64,000 nt of DNA from Planctomycetota bacterium (GTDB lineage: Bacteria > Planctomycetota > UBA1135 > UBA2386). The notes beneath the pieces were generated by a model. That model ran no database searches, was not told the origin of the DNA, and saw only the letters and a program-made list of their open reading frames with translations. Shown piece by piece: positions 1-8,952 of this stretch (within the stretch, counting starts at the first letter, position 1; each line of letters begins with the position of its first letter). The translations under genes were made by a program, and so were the position numbers. The DNA is taken from the NCBI GenBank assembly GCA_046290465.1, contig JBKAGP010000001.1:2944001-3008000 (forward strand), read 5' to 3'.

Positions 1-284
1 TCTGTGGCTCCGTCGTCAGCCTTGCCGCTGCCGGTAGGCGCGCTTGCTTGAGCGGCGACCTCGTATCCGTGTTCCTGAGCACTCGAGATCACCCGGCGCC
101 ACACCCGCTCCCTGGCCGGACGCGGCTCTCCGTCGACGAGCAGCATCAGCCCTCGCCGATGTGCAGTTGGAGGAACGAACCGAAGACGACGCGGCTCAGG
201 GGTGAAGAGGTGGACCCACGCCATCGCACTCGCGATGCCGTGGTAGTCACCCGGTCCGATGGGCCTTCGCTGTGAGCGCGTCAT
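1..284 (-). CDS. Hypothetical protein, 5' part only (runs off the window edge)
   Basis: ATG at 284 preceded by GAGAGG; frame MTRSQRRPIGPGDYHGIASAMAW... stays open to position 1; not in the ORF track because it has no stop. Confidence 0.45.
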   Translation of the reverse strand, partial: MTRSQRRPIGPGDYHGIASAMAWVHLFTPEPRRLRFVPPTAHRRGLMLLVDGEPRPARERVWRRVISSAQEHGYEVAAQASAPTGSGKADDGAT

Positions 285-294
285 GCCCTCTCTA

Positions 295-315
295 TACTGG
301 CACATTGTGCCAGTA
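295..315. promoter_or_regulatory. Perfect inverted repeat, candidate operator
   Basis: TACTGGCACA-T-TGTGCCAGTA directly upstream of the ATG at 284. Confidence 0.5.
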
Positions 316-397
316 ACAACCCGAAGGGTTAGATCGGTCCGCGTTTACAGGCGTTTACAACGATCGGGTATTCCGCCCAGGCGGCCGGCAAAGTGGA

Positions 398-1252
398 CTA
401 GGCATTCGATTCCTCAGCTAGCTCGAGCCTAGGGAGGGCAACCGACGCCTTCCCGATTCGCTGCCGCCCGTTTGCTTCGGCCACTCGGAAAACGAACCGA
501 CCAACGGGGCATCCCGGAGACTTGACGTGGTAGAGCACCCCGGGCTTGCCAGTCTTCGGATCCTTGAGGTGCAGGTCGCCAAGCCCCTGCAACAAGAGAC
601 GAAGCCGGGCAGCGAAGCGAGAGTTCGACTCGAACGACCCGAAGTGCCCGATCGCGTCGCCCGCACCGTGCACCTGTTCGTTGACCGCGTCCAGCCACGC
701 CTGGACATCTCGCCTAGCAGGTTTGAGATCGCCGGTGACAACAGCCCAAGCTGCTCCCGCAGCACGTTCGAACGCGTCATCGAGGAGCTTCGCCGGTGCC
801 ACGCGACTACGGTCAGCCAACTCGCGAGCGCTTGAGTCTGCATCGCCGGCGATTGCCGGCAACTGCGCAAGAGCCTCCCCGCGTCCGGCTAGCGAGACCC
901 TGTAGCGCGCAACATCGGCTACCTCGATACGCAGGAGCTTTGCCTCGCTGAGAATCCCGAGGCACGCCTGTGCCTCAACGTCATCGATGCCGAGCGCCAA
1001 CGCGACGTCCGACAAGCTCGCACCTCCACGATGGTCAACGGCAAAGAACCAGCTCAGCATTCTCCTCAACAGAAGCGGGCGCTCTCCCTTGATGCTCGTA
1101 AAGAGGCTCGCAGCCTCACCACCTTCGCCCCGATCTCCTAGCCGGTCAGCCTGCTGCTTCCCTATGACGAACTCATCGCCCGCCCTCGACTGGCTTGTAG
1201 CCTCCTCGGAAGCAACGCTCTTCGATCCGTCGTTCTTCTTCTGTTTGCTCAC
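398..1252 (-). CDS. Hypothetical protein with possible winged-helix segment
   Basis: 284-aa ORF; segment SLSDVALALGIDDVEAQACLGILSEAKLLRIE looks HTH-like. Confidence 0.55.
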   Translation of the reverse strand: MSKQKKNDGSKSVASEEATSQSRAGDEFVIGKQQADRLGDRGEGGEAASLFTSIKGERPLLLRRMLSWFFAVDHRGGASLSDVALALGIDDVEAQACLGILSEAKLLRIEVADVARYRVSLAGRGEALAQLPAIAGDADSSARELADRSRVAPAKLLDDAFERAAGAAWAVVTGDLKPARRDVQAWLDAVNEQVHGAGDAIGHFGSFESNSRFAARLRLLLQGLGDLHLKDPKTGKPGVLYHVKSPGCPVGRFVFRVAEANGRQRIGKASVALPRLELAEESNA

Positions 1253-1580
1253 GATCTACGCCATCTGCATCCGGTCTGCGCCGAGGCGAGCCTAAGACCC
1301 CCGACGCGGATGGCAAAGCACACCGACCCGAGAACCGTGTCCGACAACGCGTAAACATCGCGCCCCGCCACGCTCGTCGCGTTTACACCGGCAACTCCGC
1401 TCCTCGCCCCGACTTCCCCCGATCCGCCCGCACTGGGCGTAAACACGCCGTTGACGCCGCGAGTCACCATCACGTCTCGACTTACCGCAGGACACCGCCG
1501 CGGCGTCCGCACCGCCAGGTGCATCGGGTGTGTTCCTTGTTCCTCGTTCCCTGTTCTTCGCATGGGCTATAGGGGGAGGC

Positions 1581-1973
1581 ATGGTTCTAGAACATCATGT
1601 CACGGGACTGCGCGAAGAACGCCAACGCCTGCAGGCGGAGGCCGACGGCGTAAGGGCGTCACTCCTGAAGCTCGAAGAGCAGCTGCAGCGCGTCGAAACG
1701 GCGCTCGCCGCGCTCACGGGTAGCGAGAAGGTCAAGAAGAAGAAGTCGGCCGGAACCGGCGTGAAGACCACGGAGGTCATCGCAGAGATGGCGGCGCTGC
1801 TGCAGGACGGAGCGCTTCACGAAGAAGAGCTCTCGAAGCGCGTCGCGGACAACCTGAAGGCGAAGGGCAAGACGCGAACAGGTCTCGCGCTCCGCTTCAG
1901 ACAGGCGCTGAAGCACGAGAGCTTCGAACACAAGGGCGACGCCGTGGCGCTCGCTCCGAAGCGCCAGGCGTAG
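1581..1973 (+). CDS. Small coiled-coil / putative DNA-binding protein
   Basis: GGAGG then ATG at 1581; N-terminal heptad-rich helix (LREERQRLQAEADGVRASLLKLEEQLQRVE) followed by a basic domain. Confidence 0.65.
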   Translation: MVLEHHVTGLREERQRLQAEADGVRASLLKLEEQLQRVETALAALTGSEKVKKKKSAGTGVKTTEVIAEMAALLQDGALHEEELSKRVADNLKAKGKTRTGLALRFRQALKHESFEHKGDAVALAPKRQA

Positions 1974-1986
1974 CCGCTTGCTTGTG

Positions 1987-2688
1987 CTACGACGTCTTCT
2001 CAAAGACCACGCAGTACTCGTGCTTGATGGGGACGTGCTTCATGCGCGCGTAGGTGCGTCCATCGGACTTGCAGTTGTGCTGCGTCTTGATGATCACCGA
2101 CCGCATCGCGCCCAGGCATGGCTCCATGTTCATCACGTCTCTGCCTAGCGCGTAGTAACCACCCGCTCGCCGAACATCCGCGACCAAGACGGCGAGGTGT
2201 CCACCAAAGGCAAGCGACTCGTAGGCGTTCCGCAGGCAGACCGTCAGCTTCGTGATGAACCGCTTGTAGTGGGCCTCCGAACTCAGGTCTTTCTCGCCAC
2301 CACCGTAGCTGACGATGTTGAAGTAGGGCGGGTGCACCCACACGAAGTCGAACTCACCTCGCGGCTGCTCCTCGTAGAGGTCGAAGCCCTTCTTCAGGTC
2401 GCCGCCCCAGTAGCGGATTCGACTCCCCGTCGCCTCGTTGAGCCCCGCAATGACGTCTCGGGTCGTTCCGGAACCCATCATCGGGTCGGCAACCCGTTTC
2501 GCGCGGTAGCGCAAGACGAGCTCCTTGAACAACGTGCCATCGCAGTTGCCCCGGTAGCGAGCGTCACCCCAGAGGTTGCACCGCTTGGGATAGGACACTA
2601 CCGAGCTAAGTCCGGCCGTCGCTGCGTAGGGCGACACCTCGTTGCTCATGGGGTCGAGGGTTGGTGTTGATGTTGCGTTCTCTCTCAT
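1987..2688 (-). CDS. Orphan DNA amino-methyltransferase (N6-A/N4-C type)
   Basis: SAM-binding DPMMGSGTT and catalytic HPPY motifs; AAGGAGG RBS before ATG 2688; no adjacent restriction enzyme. Confidence 0.85.
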   Translation of the reverse strand: MRENATSTPTLDPMSNEVSPYAATAGLSSVVSYPKRCNLWGDARYRGNCDGTLFKELVLRYRAKRVADPMMGSGTTRDVIAGLNEATGSRIRYWGGDLKKGFDLYEEQPRGEFDFVWVHPPYFNIVSYGGGEKDLSSEAHYKRFITKLTVCLRNAYESLAFGGHLAVLVADVRRAGGYYALGRDVMNMEPCLGAMRSVIIKTQHNCKSDGRTYARMKHVPIKHEYCVVFEKTS

Positions 2689-2732
2689 GCTTTCCTCCTT
2701 GCATGCGGCCCGCCCCCTCACCCGAAATGCTG

Positions 2733-2993
2733 TTTCCCGGTGAGGGGCGCAGGCGGTTCTTCACAGCGCGCTGAGAACGCCGAGCCCCTCCCGAAGGAAA
2801 GAGCCAGACTGAGCGCCTGCCTGCAGGCGCACCAGAAGAGAGAAGCGGCGCGCGGAAGCACCGAAGCGTTGCACGGACCGTGACAGCTTCGCTGGCGCGA
2901 GGACGTGCTGCGAAGGAGCGTGCGCACCACGTGGAGAAACGGTGCGCGAACAACGCCATCGCCTGCACGGGCCGTGACAGCTTCGCTGGCGCG
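2733..2993. repeat. Structured intergenic module A (two hairpins plus two copies of a 21-bp motif)
   Basis: Hairpins 2733-2800 and 2813-2830; CGTGACAGCTTCGCTGGCGCG at 2879-2899 and 2973-2993. Confidence 0.8.
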
Positions 2994-3086
2994 TCGACCG
3001 TGCTTGCGATGGCGCACGCGCACGATTGAAGCGGCGCATCTCACCCCCTAAGCGGGAAGCCAGCGTGCGCTGGCCTCCCTCGAGGA

Positions 3087-3377
3087 TCAGTAGTCTGCCG
3101 GCAACAGCACCGTCGTCGCCGACCGGTCCGCCTCCGTGATGATCCAGAACTTGGTTCCCGCCGAGCTCCGGTAGACCGAGAACAGCCGGAAGCCCTGCTT
3201 CAACGACAGGTCGTTCTCCTCCCAGTCCTCGGGACAACACTCGCCCCAGTCTCCCTGCACATGGCGGCCCAACGCCGCCTGAATCTCGTCAGGGGGAATC
3301 GCTGCCAGCGCCGCCGGCGTGCTCACAAGACGTCCTAGTGGGAACGTCCGGCCTCTCTTGTCTTCGAATGCATCCAT
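3087..3377 (-). CDS. Small plasmid/ICE-associated conserved hypothetical protein
   Basis: GGAGG RBS and ATG 3377; FPLGRLVSTP...HVQGDWG...DWEEN...RLFSVY...FWIITEADRSATTVLLPADY resembles a common 'plasmid-related protein' family (recognised from memory). Confidence 0.75.
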   Translation of the reverse strand: MDAFEDKRGRTFPLGRLVSTPAALAAIPPDEIQAALGRHVQGDWGECCPEDWEENDLSLKQGFRLFSVYRSSAGTKFWIITEADRSATTVLLPADY

Positions 3378-3418
3378 GTCGACCTCCGTCGTTTGGGCCC
3401 GCCTCCTTCCCCGGTCAC

Positions 3419-3583
3419 GCTTTCCCGTTGAGGGGTGCGGGCAGTTCTTCGCCTCGGCCTCAGAACGCCCGCACCCCATCAGGGAAAGCAGGACGACCGT
3501 GCGCCGTTCGTCGGCGCACCTACCTGGAGAACACGGGCGCGAGCCGCGTGCTATGCAGGTGGCGTGACAGCTTCGCTGGCGCG
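3419..3583. repeat. Structured intergenic module B, homologous to module A
   Basis: Hairpin 3419-3489 (GGGGTGCGGGC/GCCCGCACCCC core), hairpin 3499-3519, third copy of the 21-bp motif at 3563-3583. Confidence 0.8.
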
Positions 3584-3696
3584 GCACGTGCCACACGCAG
3601 GGCGAGCGCACCGAGCCGTCATGCCGAGCTGCTGCAGCCGAGCGCGAAAGCGCCCGGCGCCAACAAGGGCGCCGGGCAGGTTGGCAAGGCGTGTCG

Positions 3697-3966
3697 CTAC
3701 TCGCCGTCGTCCGCTTCTGCCTCGGCGGCCTGCGCCGACTGCATCAGCATGTACGAGTGGACCTCGTTGGCGACCTTCGCCAGCAGCAGCAGGTCCTCGC
3801 GCCCGAAGCTCGAGGACCGACGCCAGCTGCCTTCCGAATCCCGGTAGAGCGTGTGGAAGCTCGCCGAGTAGAAGCTCCCACCGTTCTTGGCCTCGTTCTG
3901 CCAGATGGACGCCTTCACGCCGCCCATCCTGATCTCGTGCACTGGTCTGTTGTTCTCTTCCATCAT
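3697..3966 (-). CDS. Small putative ssDNA-binding-like protein (paralog 1)
   Basis: AAGGAGG RBS; RPVHEIRMGGVKASIWQNE...LYRDSEGSWRRSSSF...DLLLL with an acidic C-terminal tail; function is inferred. Confidence 0.7.
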   Translation of the reverse strand: MMEENNRPVHEIRMGGVKASIWQNEAKNGGSFYSASFHTLYRDSEGSWRRSSSFGREDLLLLAKVANEVHSYMLMQSAQAAEAEADDGE

Positions 3967-4285
3967 TTCCTCCTTCAGATGGTTGGTTACACGTCTGTTC
4001 GGAGGGCACGCGCGCGCCGAGGAGGCGCCGGGTCAAGGAGGAACGCAGGCCGAAGGCCGAGTAGTCCTTGCACGCGGCGACCGACAGGCGCGAGAACGGC
4101 CCGGGAGCAGACGTGTGGCCATCCCTGAAGATGACGATGGCAGACCGAACGACATGTGCACGGAACCGAATGGGCGCGAAGGCGCCGCCGGAGACGAGGT
4201 GCCAGGTGGAGCGCGGTCGCTGCTTGCCTTCTATCGGAACATCGGAAAGAACCTGGTCGCCCGTTTCGGGCGACGTGGGTTTGGA

Positions 4286-4558
4286 CTACCGCTTCGGCGA
4301 AGTCGCACGCAGGAACGCCTCACGGAGTGCTTCTGCCATCGGCAGGAGCTCCGCGACGCCCAGCGACTGCGACTCCTTCCACTCCTCGCCGTCCTTGTAG
4401 AGACGGGTCGGGACGAAATTGAGCATCTCGCCGTTCTGGGTCTTGTTGAGCCAGACGACGACCTTGCAACGGCCGTAGCGAACCTCATCGATCGGTCGCT
4501 CGGCCTTCTGGGTTTGGCGGTCCTCGGGACCACCGGGAGAGCTGTAGCTCATACGCAT
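4286..4558 (-). CDS. Small putative ssDNA-binding-like protein (paralog 2)
   Basis: RPIDEVRYGRCKVVVWLNK...RLYKDGEEWKESQSL aligns by eye with 3697..3966; GGAGG RBS. Confidence 0.65.
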   Translation of the reverse strand: MRMSYSSPGGPEDRQTQKAERPIDEVRYGRCKVVVWLNKTQNGEMLNFVPTRLYKDGEEWKESQSLGVAELLPMAEALREAFLRATSPKR

Positions 4559-4648
4559 ACCTCCATTCGGTTGCGCAGCGCTCCGGCTCTACCTGGCTGT
4601 CCTTGGTTATGAGCCGCCGGCACACGCGTGTGCGGTAGCACACTCGCG

Positions 4649-5587
4649 TCAGGCCACGGCCTCGGCCCACGACTCCCGCATCTGCCTCGCCCGCTCCTGA
4701 ATCCGCAAGAACTCCGGGCACCTAGACCGCACGGTTACAGACGGCACCGGATCTGCTCGCCGAGCGCTCGCCGGCCTCGGGTTCGCCAACATCGCCACCA
4801 GTGCTCCGCCTCTCTCGACCAACGCAAAGGGGAAGCCTCTCCTGTTGAGGATCTCTGTTTTGGGATCTCTGTTATCTAGCGTTGTCGAAAACGCATCAGG
4901 GGCGTTGTCAGAAACCGGCGGGGGCGTTGTCGTTTTTTGCCGCGAGCGCCATCGCCGACCTACATGCGACGTCATCGTCACCAGCGAACCGTCGACGAAC
5001 AGACAGCCGTTGGCGTTCTCATTGGCCTGCCGTACCTCGAGTGCCTGCAGGTAGCCGCGCCGCCGCAGCCTCTCGACGGCTCGACATAGCGTCGACCGCC
5101 CACACCCAGAGAGCGCAGCCAGGTCCGCGTATCGAAACCGCGCGTAGCGCTCCCCCTCCAGCAGGCGCGCCCGTCGCTGCCGCTGCTTGAGCCGACGCAT
5201 GCAGTAGTAGAGCAACACGATCGCCTCCGAGCACGCGGCCTGACCCGTCGCAATGTGCTTGGCCATCTTCCGTGAGACCGCGACCTTCTTGCCGCCCTTC
5301 GGGGTGCCCGCCAGCAGGTCACCGAGCTCCTTCTCGAGGCGCTCGATGCGACCGCGCGACAGCTGCTTCGCAGTCGATCGCTTGGCGTTCACGATACGCT
5401 GCATGTCGACGCGACTGCGTGCGTGAAGCGCCCGCTTCTCGAGCATCGCGGCGAAGACGCGCATGCGGTCTTTGCCCAACCGGCGTTCGCGATGCGCGAC
5501 GAGGATCGCCTCCAACTCCGCACGCGTCGCGACGGTGTAGTTGCCCTGGAACTCGTTCCGTTCGATTCCATTCTTTCGTGATGTCAT
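4649..5587 (-). CDS. Basic HTH protein, candidate replication initiator
   Basis: RYADLAALSGCGRSTLCRAVERLRRRGYL winged-HTH; divergent from parA; GGAGAGG RBS. Confidence 0.6.
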   Translation of the reverse strand: MTSRKNGIERNEFQGNYTVATRAELEAILVAHRERRLGKDRMRVFAAMLEKRALHARSRVDMQRIVNAKRSTAKQLSRGRIERLEKELGDLLAGTPKGGKKVAVSRKMAKHIATGQAACSEAIVLLYYCMRRLKQRQRRARLLEGERYARFRYADLAALSGCGRSTLCRAVERLRRRGYLQALEVRQANENANGCLFVDGSLVTMTSHVGRRWRSRQKTTTPPPVSDNAPDAFSTTLDNRDPKTEILNRRGFPFALVERGGALVAMLANPRPASARRADPVPSVTVRSRCPEFLRIQERARQMRESWAEAVA

Positions 5588-5930
5588 CCTCTCCTCCGAT
5601 GGATGCGGGAGCAGGCATGCGACACAGGTCGCCTCGATAGAGGCGTTGACGAACGCGGCGGAAACGCGCTAGGGTCGAACTGTCAGCTACGAACAGGATC
5701 CACGCGGTCCTCCATGCAAGAGCAGCCCATGCGGCTGCTTTTTCTTTGCCCGATGGGCAACGTCCGGTCCTACATCGGCGCCTCCCCAAGTTGATTGCAC
5801 GGCTCGCAACACGAGCCCGATCTCACCCTTGCCCAGGTCGACGATTCGCGCAAGACCCGTTCTCGCCTGCATCCCGAGAGGCGTCACCGATGGGCGGCTC
5901 CAACGAAGTCGCGCACTTGCCAGAAGAGCG

Positions 5931-6004
5931 ACCTAGCAAGCTAGCTACCGAGCTTGCTAGCACGCCACCTCGCTCACTTTCCATCTTGCGTGCTCGCTCG
6001 ATCT
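5931..6004. promoter_or_regulatory. Short-period repeat tract upstream of parA (candidate centromere/operator)
   Basis: CTAGCAAGCTAGCTACCGAGCTTGCTAGC...CTTGCGTGCTCGCTCG with about 4-nt periodicity. Confidence 0.45.
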
Positions 6005-6045
6005 GTGAGCAAACTGCGAACAGGGCATCAACTGAGGAGGGCACC

Positions 6046-6714
6046 ATGATCATCTCGTTCGTCAACCAGAAGGGGGGCGTCGGCAAGTCGACGCTGTCCT
6101 TCCACTTCGCCTGCTGGCTCGCCGCGCGGGGCCGCGCCGTCGGCTTCTTCGACGCCGACACACAGCGCTCGTCTTCGCGCTGGATGGCAGCGCACGAGCC
6201 ATGCATGCCGCTGGATGCGGTAGACCTGACGCGCCCCAACGACATGCCGCGCCAGGTACTCGAACTCGCAGAGGGCCTCGAGTTCGTCATCTGTGATGGA
6301 CCGGGCGGGCTGGGGGAGGTCACCCGCACGCTGCTCGTGCTCTCGGACCTCGCGGTCTTTCCAATATCCGCATCCTTTCTCGACGCCGAGGCGCTGGCCG
6401 AGGCGAAGTCCCAACTTGACTACGCGACCAGCATTCATCCTGCCACGCCTCCGCTCGCCACGGTCGTCCTCAACAAGGTCCCACGACGCTCACGACTCGC
6501 GCGTGATGCGCGTGAAGCCCTCAGCTCGCTAGGCATCGCCGCCTTAGAAGGTTCGGTCCGCGACCTAAACGTGTTCAAGATCGCACCGCAGAACAGAACG
6601 ACAGTCTGGGACCTCGGACGCGCCGGTCAACACGGCGGCGCCGACCTTGAGATTGTGTTCGACGAGCTGATGATGCTCGTGGAGCAACCACGAGCGGAGG
6701 TGGCACATGGCTGA
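6046..6714 (+). CDS. parA: ParA-family partition ATPase (short, type Ib-like)
   Basis: Deviant Walker A NQKGGVGKST, DADTQ, ICDGPG; GAGGAGG RBS before ATG 6046. Confidence 0.9.
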   Translation: MIISFVNQKGGVGKSTLSFHFACWLAARGRAVGFFDADTQRSSSRWMAAHEPCMPLDAVDLTRPNDMPRQVLELAEGLEFVICDGPGGLGEVTRTLLVLSDLAVFPISASFLDAEALAEAKSQLDYATSIHPATPPLATVVLNKVPRRSRLARDAREALSSLGIAALEGSVRDLNVFKIAPQNRTTVWDLGRAGQHGGADLEIVFDELMMLVEQPRAEVAHG

Positions 6715-7042
6715 ACGCAAGATGTCCGACGCTCTGACCGGCGACCAGAACCCGCCGGCCGTCGGAGACGTCGCCGCGAAGCGACGAGCATTCCTCGACC
6801 CGGAAGTCGGCGCCTTCATTCGTAGCGGCCCCGCCACGAACACACGAACGGCTCCGGCGACCTCCGCGTCTGCCGCCGCAACGCATCCGGACATGCAGCT
6901 CAACACCCGCGTCCCCGCCGACATCTACCAGCGTGCACGTCGAGCTGTCTTCGAGTGCAGGATGAGCGAGGTCGAGCCAAGCACGATTCAGGAACTCGTC
7001 AGCCAGGCACTCCATGCAGAGCTGAAGCGACTGGGATTCTGA
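6707..7042 (+). CDS. Small ParA partner (ParG-like centromere-binding protein)
   Basis: Overlaps the parA stop; disordered N-terminus then strand-helix-helix C-terminus (QLNTRVPADIYQRARR...IQELVSQALHAELKR). Confidence 0.65.
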   Translation: MAERKMSDALTGDQNPPAVGDVAAKRRAFLDPEVGAFIRSGPATNTRTAPATSASAAATHPDMQLNTRVPADIYQRARRAVFECRMSEVEPSTIQELVSQALHAELKRLGF

Positions 7043-7842
7043 CAGCCCCCGCCAAGCGGCCTGCGCTGGCTGCTGCGCGGTGACTGCCTGAGTTGGTCTC
7101 TCACGCGCGCGTGATGAGAGACCAACACAGACGTCCCGTTCACGACAAGCCATCCGAAGTCCCGGCCGAGCCGAAGCGTCGCGAGTCCGAGCCCATCGCG
7201 GCCGACCAGAACACCTCGCCCGACGACGACCAGGATCGAGACGAGCCAGACCCGCGCCAAGCCGCGCAGATCGAAGCCTTCCTTGCCCAGCAGCGCGCCG
7301 CGATGGGATTCACCTGAAGCGACTGCTGACTCCCGGTCCGGGAGTAGTCACCGGGCGGAGGAAAGAACCGCGCCAGGCGCTTCGCGCCCGCTTCGCCCTT
7401 CGGGTCACGGTTCTATCCTCTTCGCCCTACACAACTGTCGATCCACGCTCAGATGCCAGAAGGCCCTCCCTCTGAACTCACCTACGGCAACTGCGCCGAC
7501 CAGAACAACCGGGCTGCGCACCGCGCCCGCCGGCGTGGCCCTGCCTTCTGACGAAGGCCCACACCGACGAACGGCTCCAACGGCAGCTGAAAACTCGACG
7601 ACGCCGATTTGCGTAAGGAACCAGGACGTGTCACTCTCGAGGTGTTGATGCTCGGGTTCGCCTGGGCAGTGTTCTTTCTCTGCCGCCTTCGGGCGGCAGT
7701 TTCTCGGGTAGTCCGTCCAATAAAGGTTCTGAGCGTCGTTTCGACGCTCACCAGACTGCGCATCCCCTCCGGACCTGGGGTTAGCGACTCGTCCGCCATC
7801 GCGGGCGCGGCGCCAACCCCAGGCCGCAACCAAGGAGGCGGA

Positions 7843-8388
7843 TTGAAACGCAGCAAGAAGAAGAACGACGAGGCGCACCAGCGCACTCTCCCCCCATCGC
7901 CGCTCGCAGCGCCGATGATCAGGATGCTCGAGACGAAGCTCGAGGTCCCGAACAGCTATGTGCCACCGGGACCGCTCCGGAGTGCACTTGACGTTGCCAA
8001 GATGATGCGCGAGCTCATCGGTGAGGCTGACCGCGAGCACTTCGCCGCCCTCTACCTCAACACGCGCCACTTCGTGACTCATGTGCACATCGTCTCGTGT
8101 GGCACACCCCAGGCCACGGTTGTTCACCCTCGGGAAGTGTTCAAGGCGGCCTTCCTGGCCAATGCCGCGGCACTCATCGTCGTGCACAACCACCCATCCG
8201 GAGACGTGCACCCGTCGAGTGACGATCGCGCGATCACAGAACGCCTGCGCGAAGCGGGTCAGCTACTCGGTATCGAGCTACTCGACTCGGTCATTGTCGG
8301 CCCTGGTGAGGAGTTCTATTCCTCAGTCGAGGGATGCGTACTCCGCATCGCAACCGACAGCACAAAGGAGGTTGCCGATGGATCCTGA
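7843..8388 (+). CDS. radC: RadC/JAB-domain protein
   Basis: DREHF...VHPREVFKAA...IVVHNHPSGDVHPSSDD...LLDSVIVG; start uncertain (TTG 7843 after AGGAGG, or ATG 7915). Confidence 0.9.
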   Translation: MKRSKKKNDEAHQRTLPPSPLAAPMIRMLETKLEVPNSYVPPGPLRSALDVAKMMRELIGEADREHFAALYLNTRHFVTHVHIVSCGTPQATVVHPREVFKAAFLANAAALIVVHNHPSGDVHPSSDDRAITERLREAGQLLGIELLDSVIVGPGEEFYSSVEGCVLRIATDSTKEVADGS

Positions 8389-8952
8389 CCGTGCGCCAGC
8401 CCGCATCGCGGATGCTAGCTGCAACGGTCACGATGGTTCGCCAGCCGCCCCGAAGTGGTCCGAACTGTTCGTAATCGCCTCTTATTGACGAAGAGATAGG
8501 TCATGCTCGACGAGTGGTTGCGCCGTGGTTTCCCGCGCATGGCGGCCATACCACGTTCCGTTGCTTGATCCCCGCTCCGATTTGTTTGGCCAGGCTGGTC
8601 GCGTCCCGCGACGCCATCGCCTGACAGGCAGAGCGGTTGAGACCACAGGTTGTTCCTGGACGGACTCCCGCACTCTCTCCCGTTCAGTGCTAAAGCCCCG
8701 CCCACGGCTGCCTCGTGATCCTTCCCTCCGACCGCGTTCCGTCGCACCCAGCGAGCCCCGTGCACGCGCCGAACATGAACGAGCGCACGTGACAGTTTCT
8801 CGCATCAATCCAGAACTCCTTAGCCAGAGCCTTCCCGAACGCGCCCCGTAGAAGTACGACCGGATGTTCGCAGAGGTAGTTGCTCGCAACCCGCCATGTC
8901 GGCACAGCTTCTGCCCGGGTATCTGGGGCCTCGAACCCCTGGAGGCATCGCA

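Noticed and set aside
1987..2688. Restriction-modification system
   Set aside because: No endonuclease or specificity subunit is adjacent; the context fits an orphan protective methylase
2879..3583. CRISPR array from the three 21-bp repeats
   Set aside because: Spacing is irregular (94 and 590 bp), a gene lies between copies, and no cas genes are present
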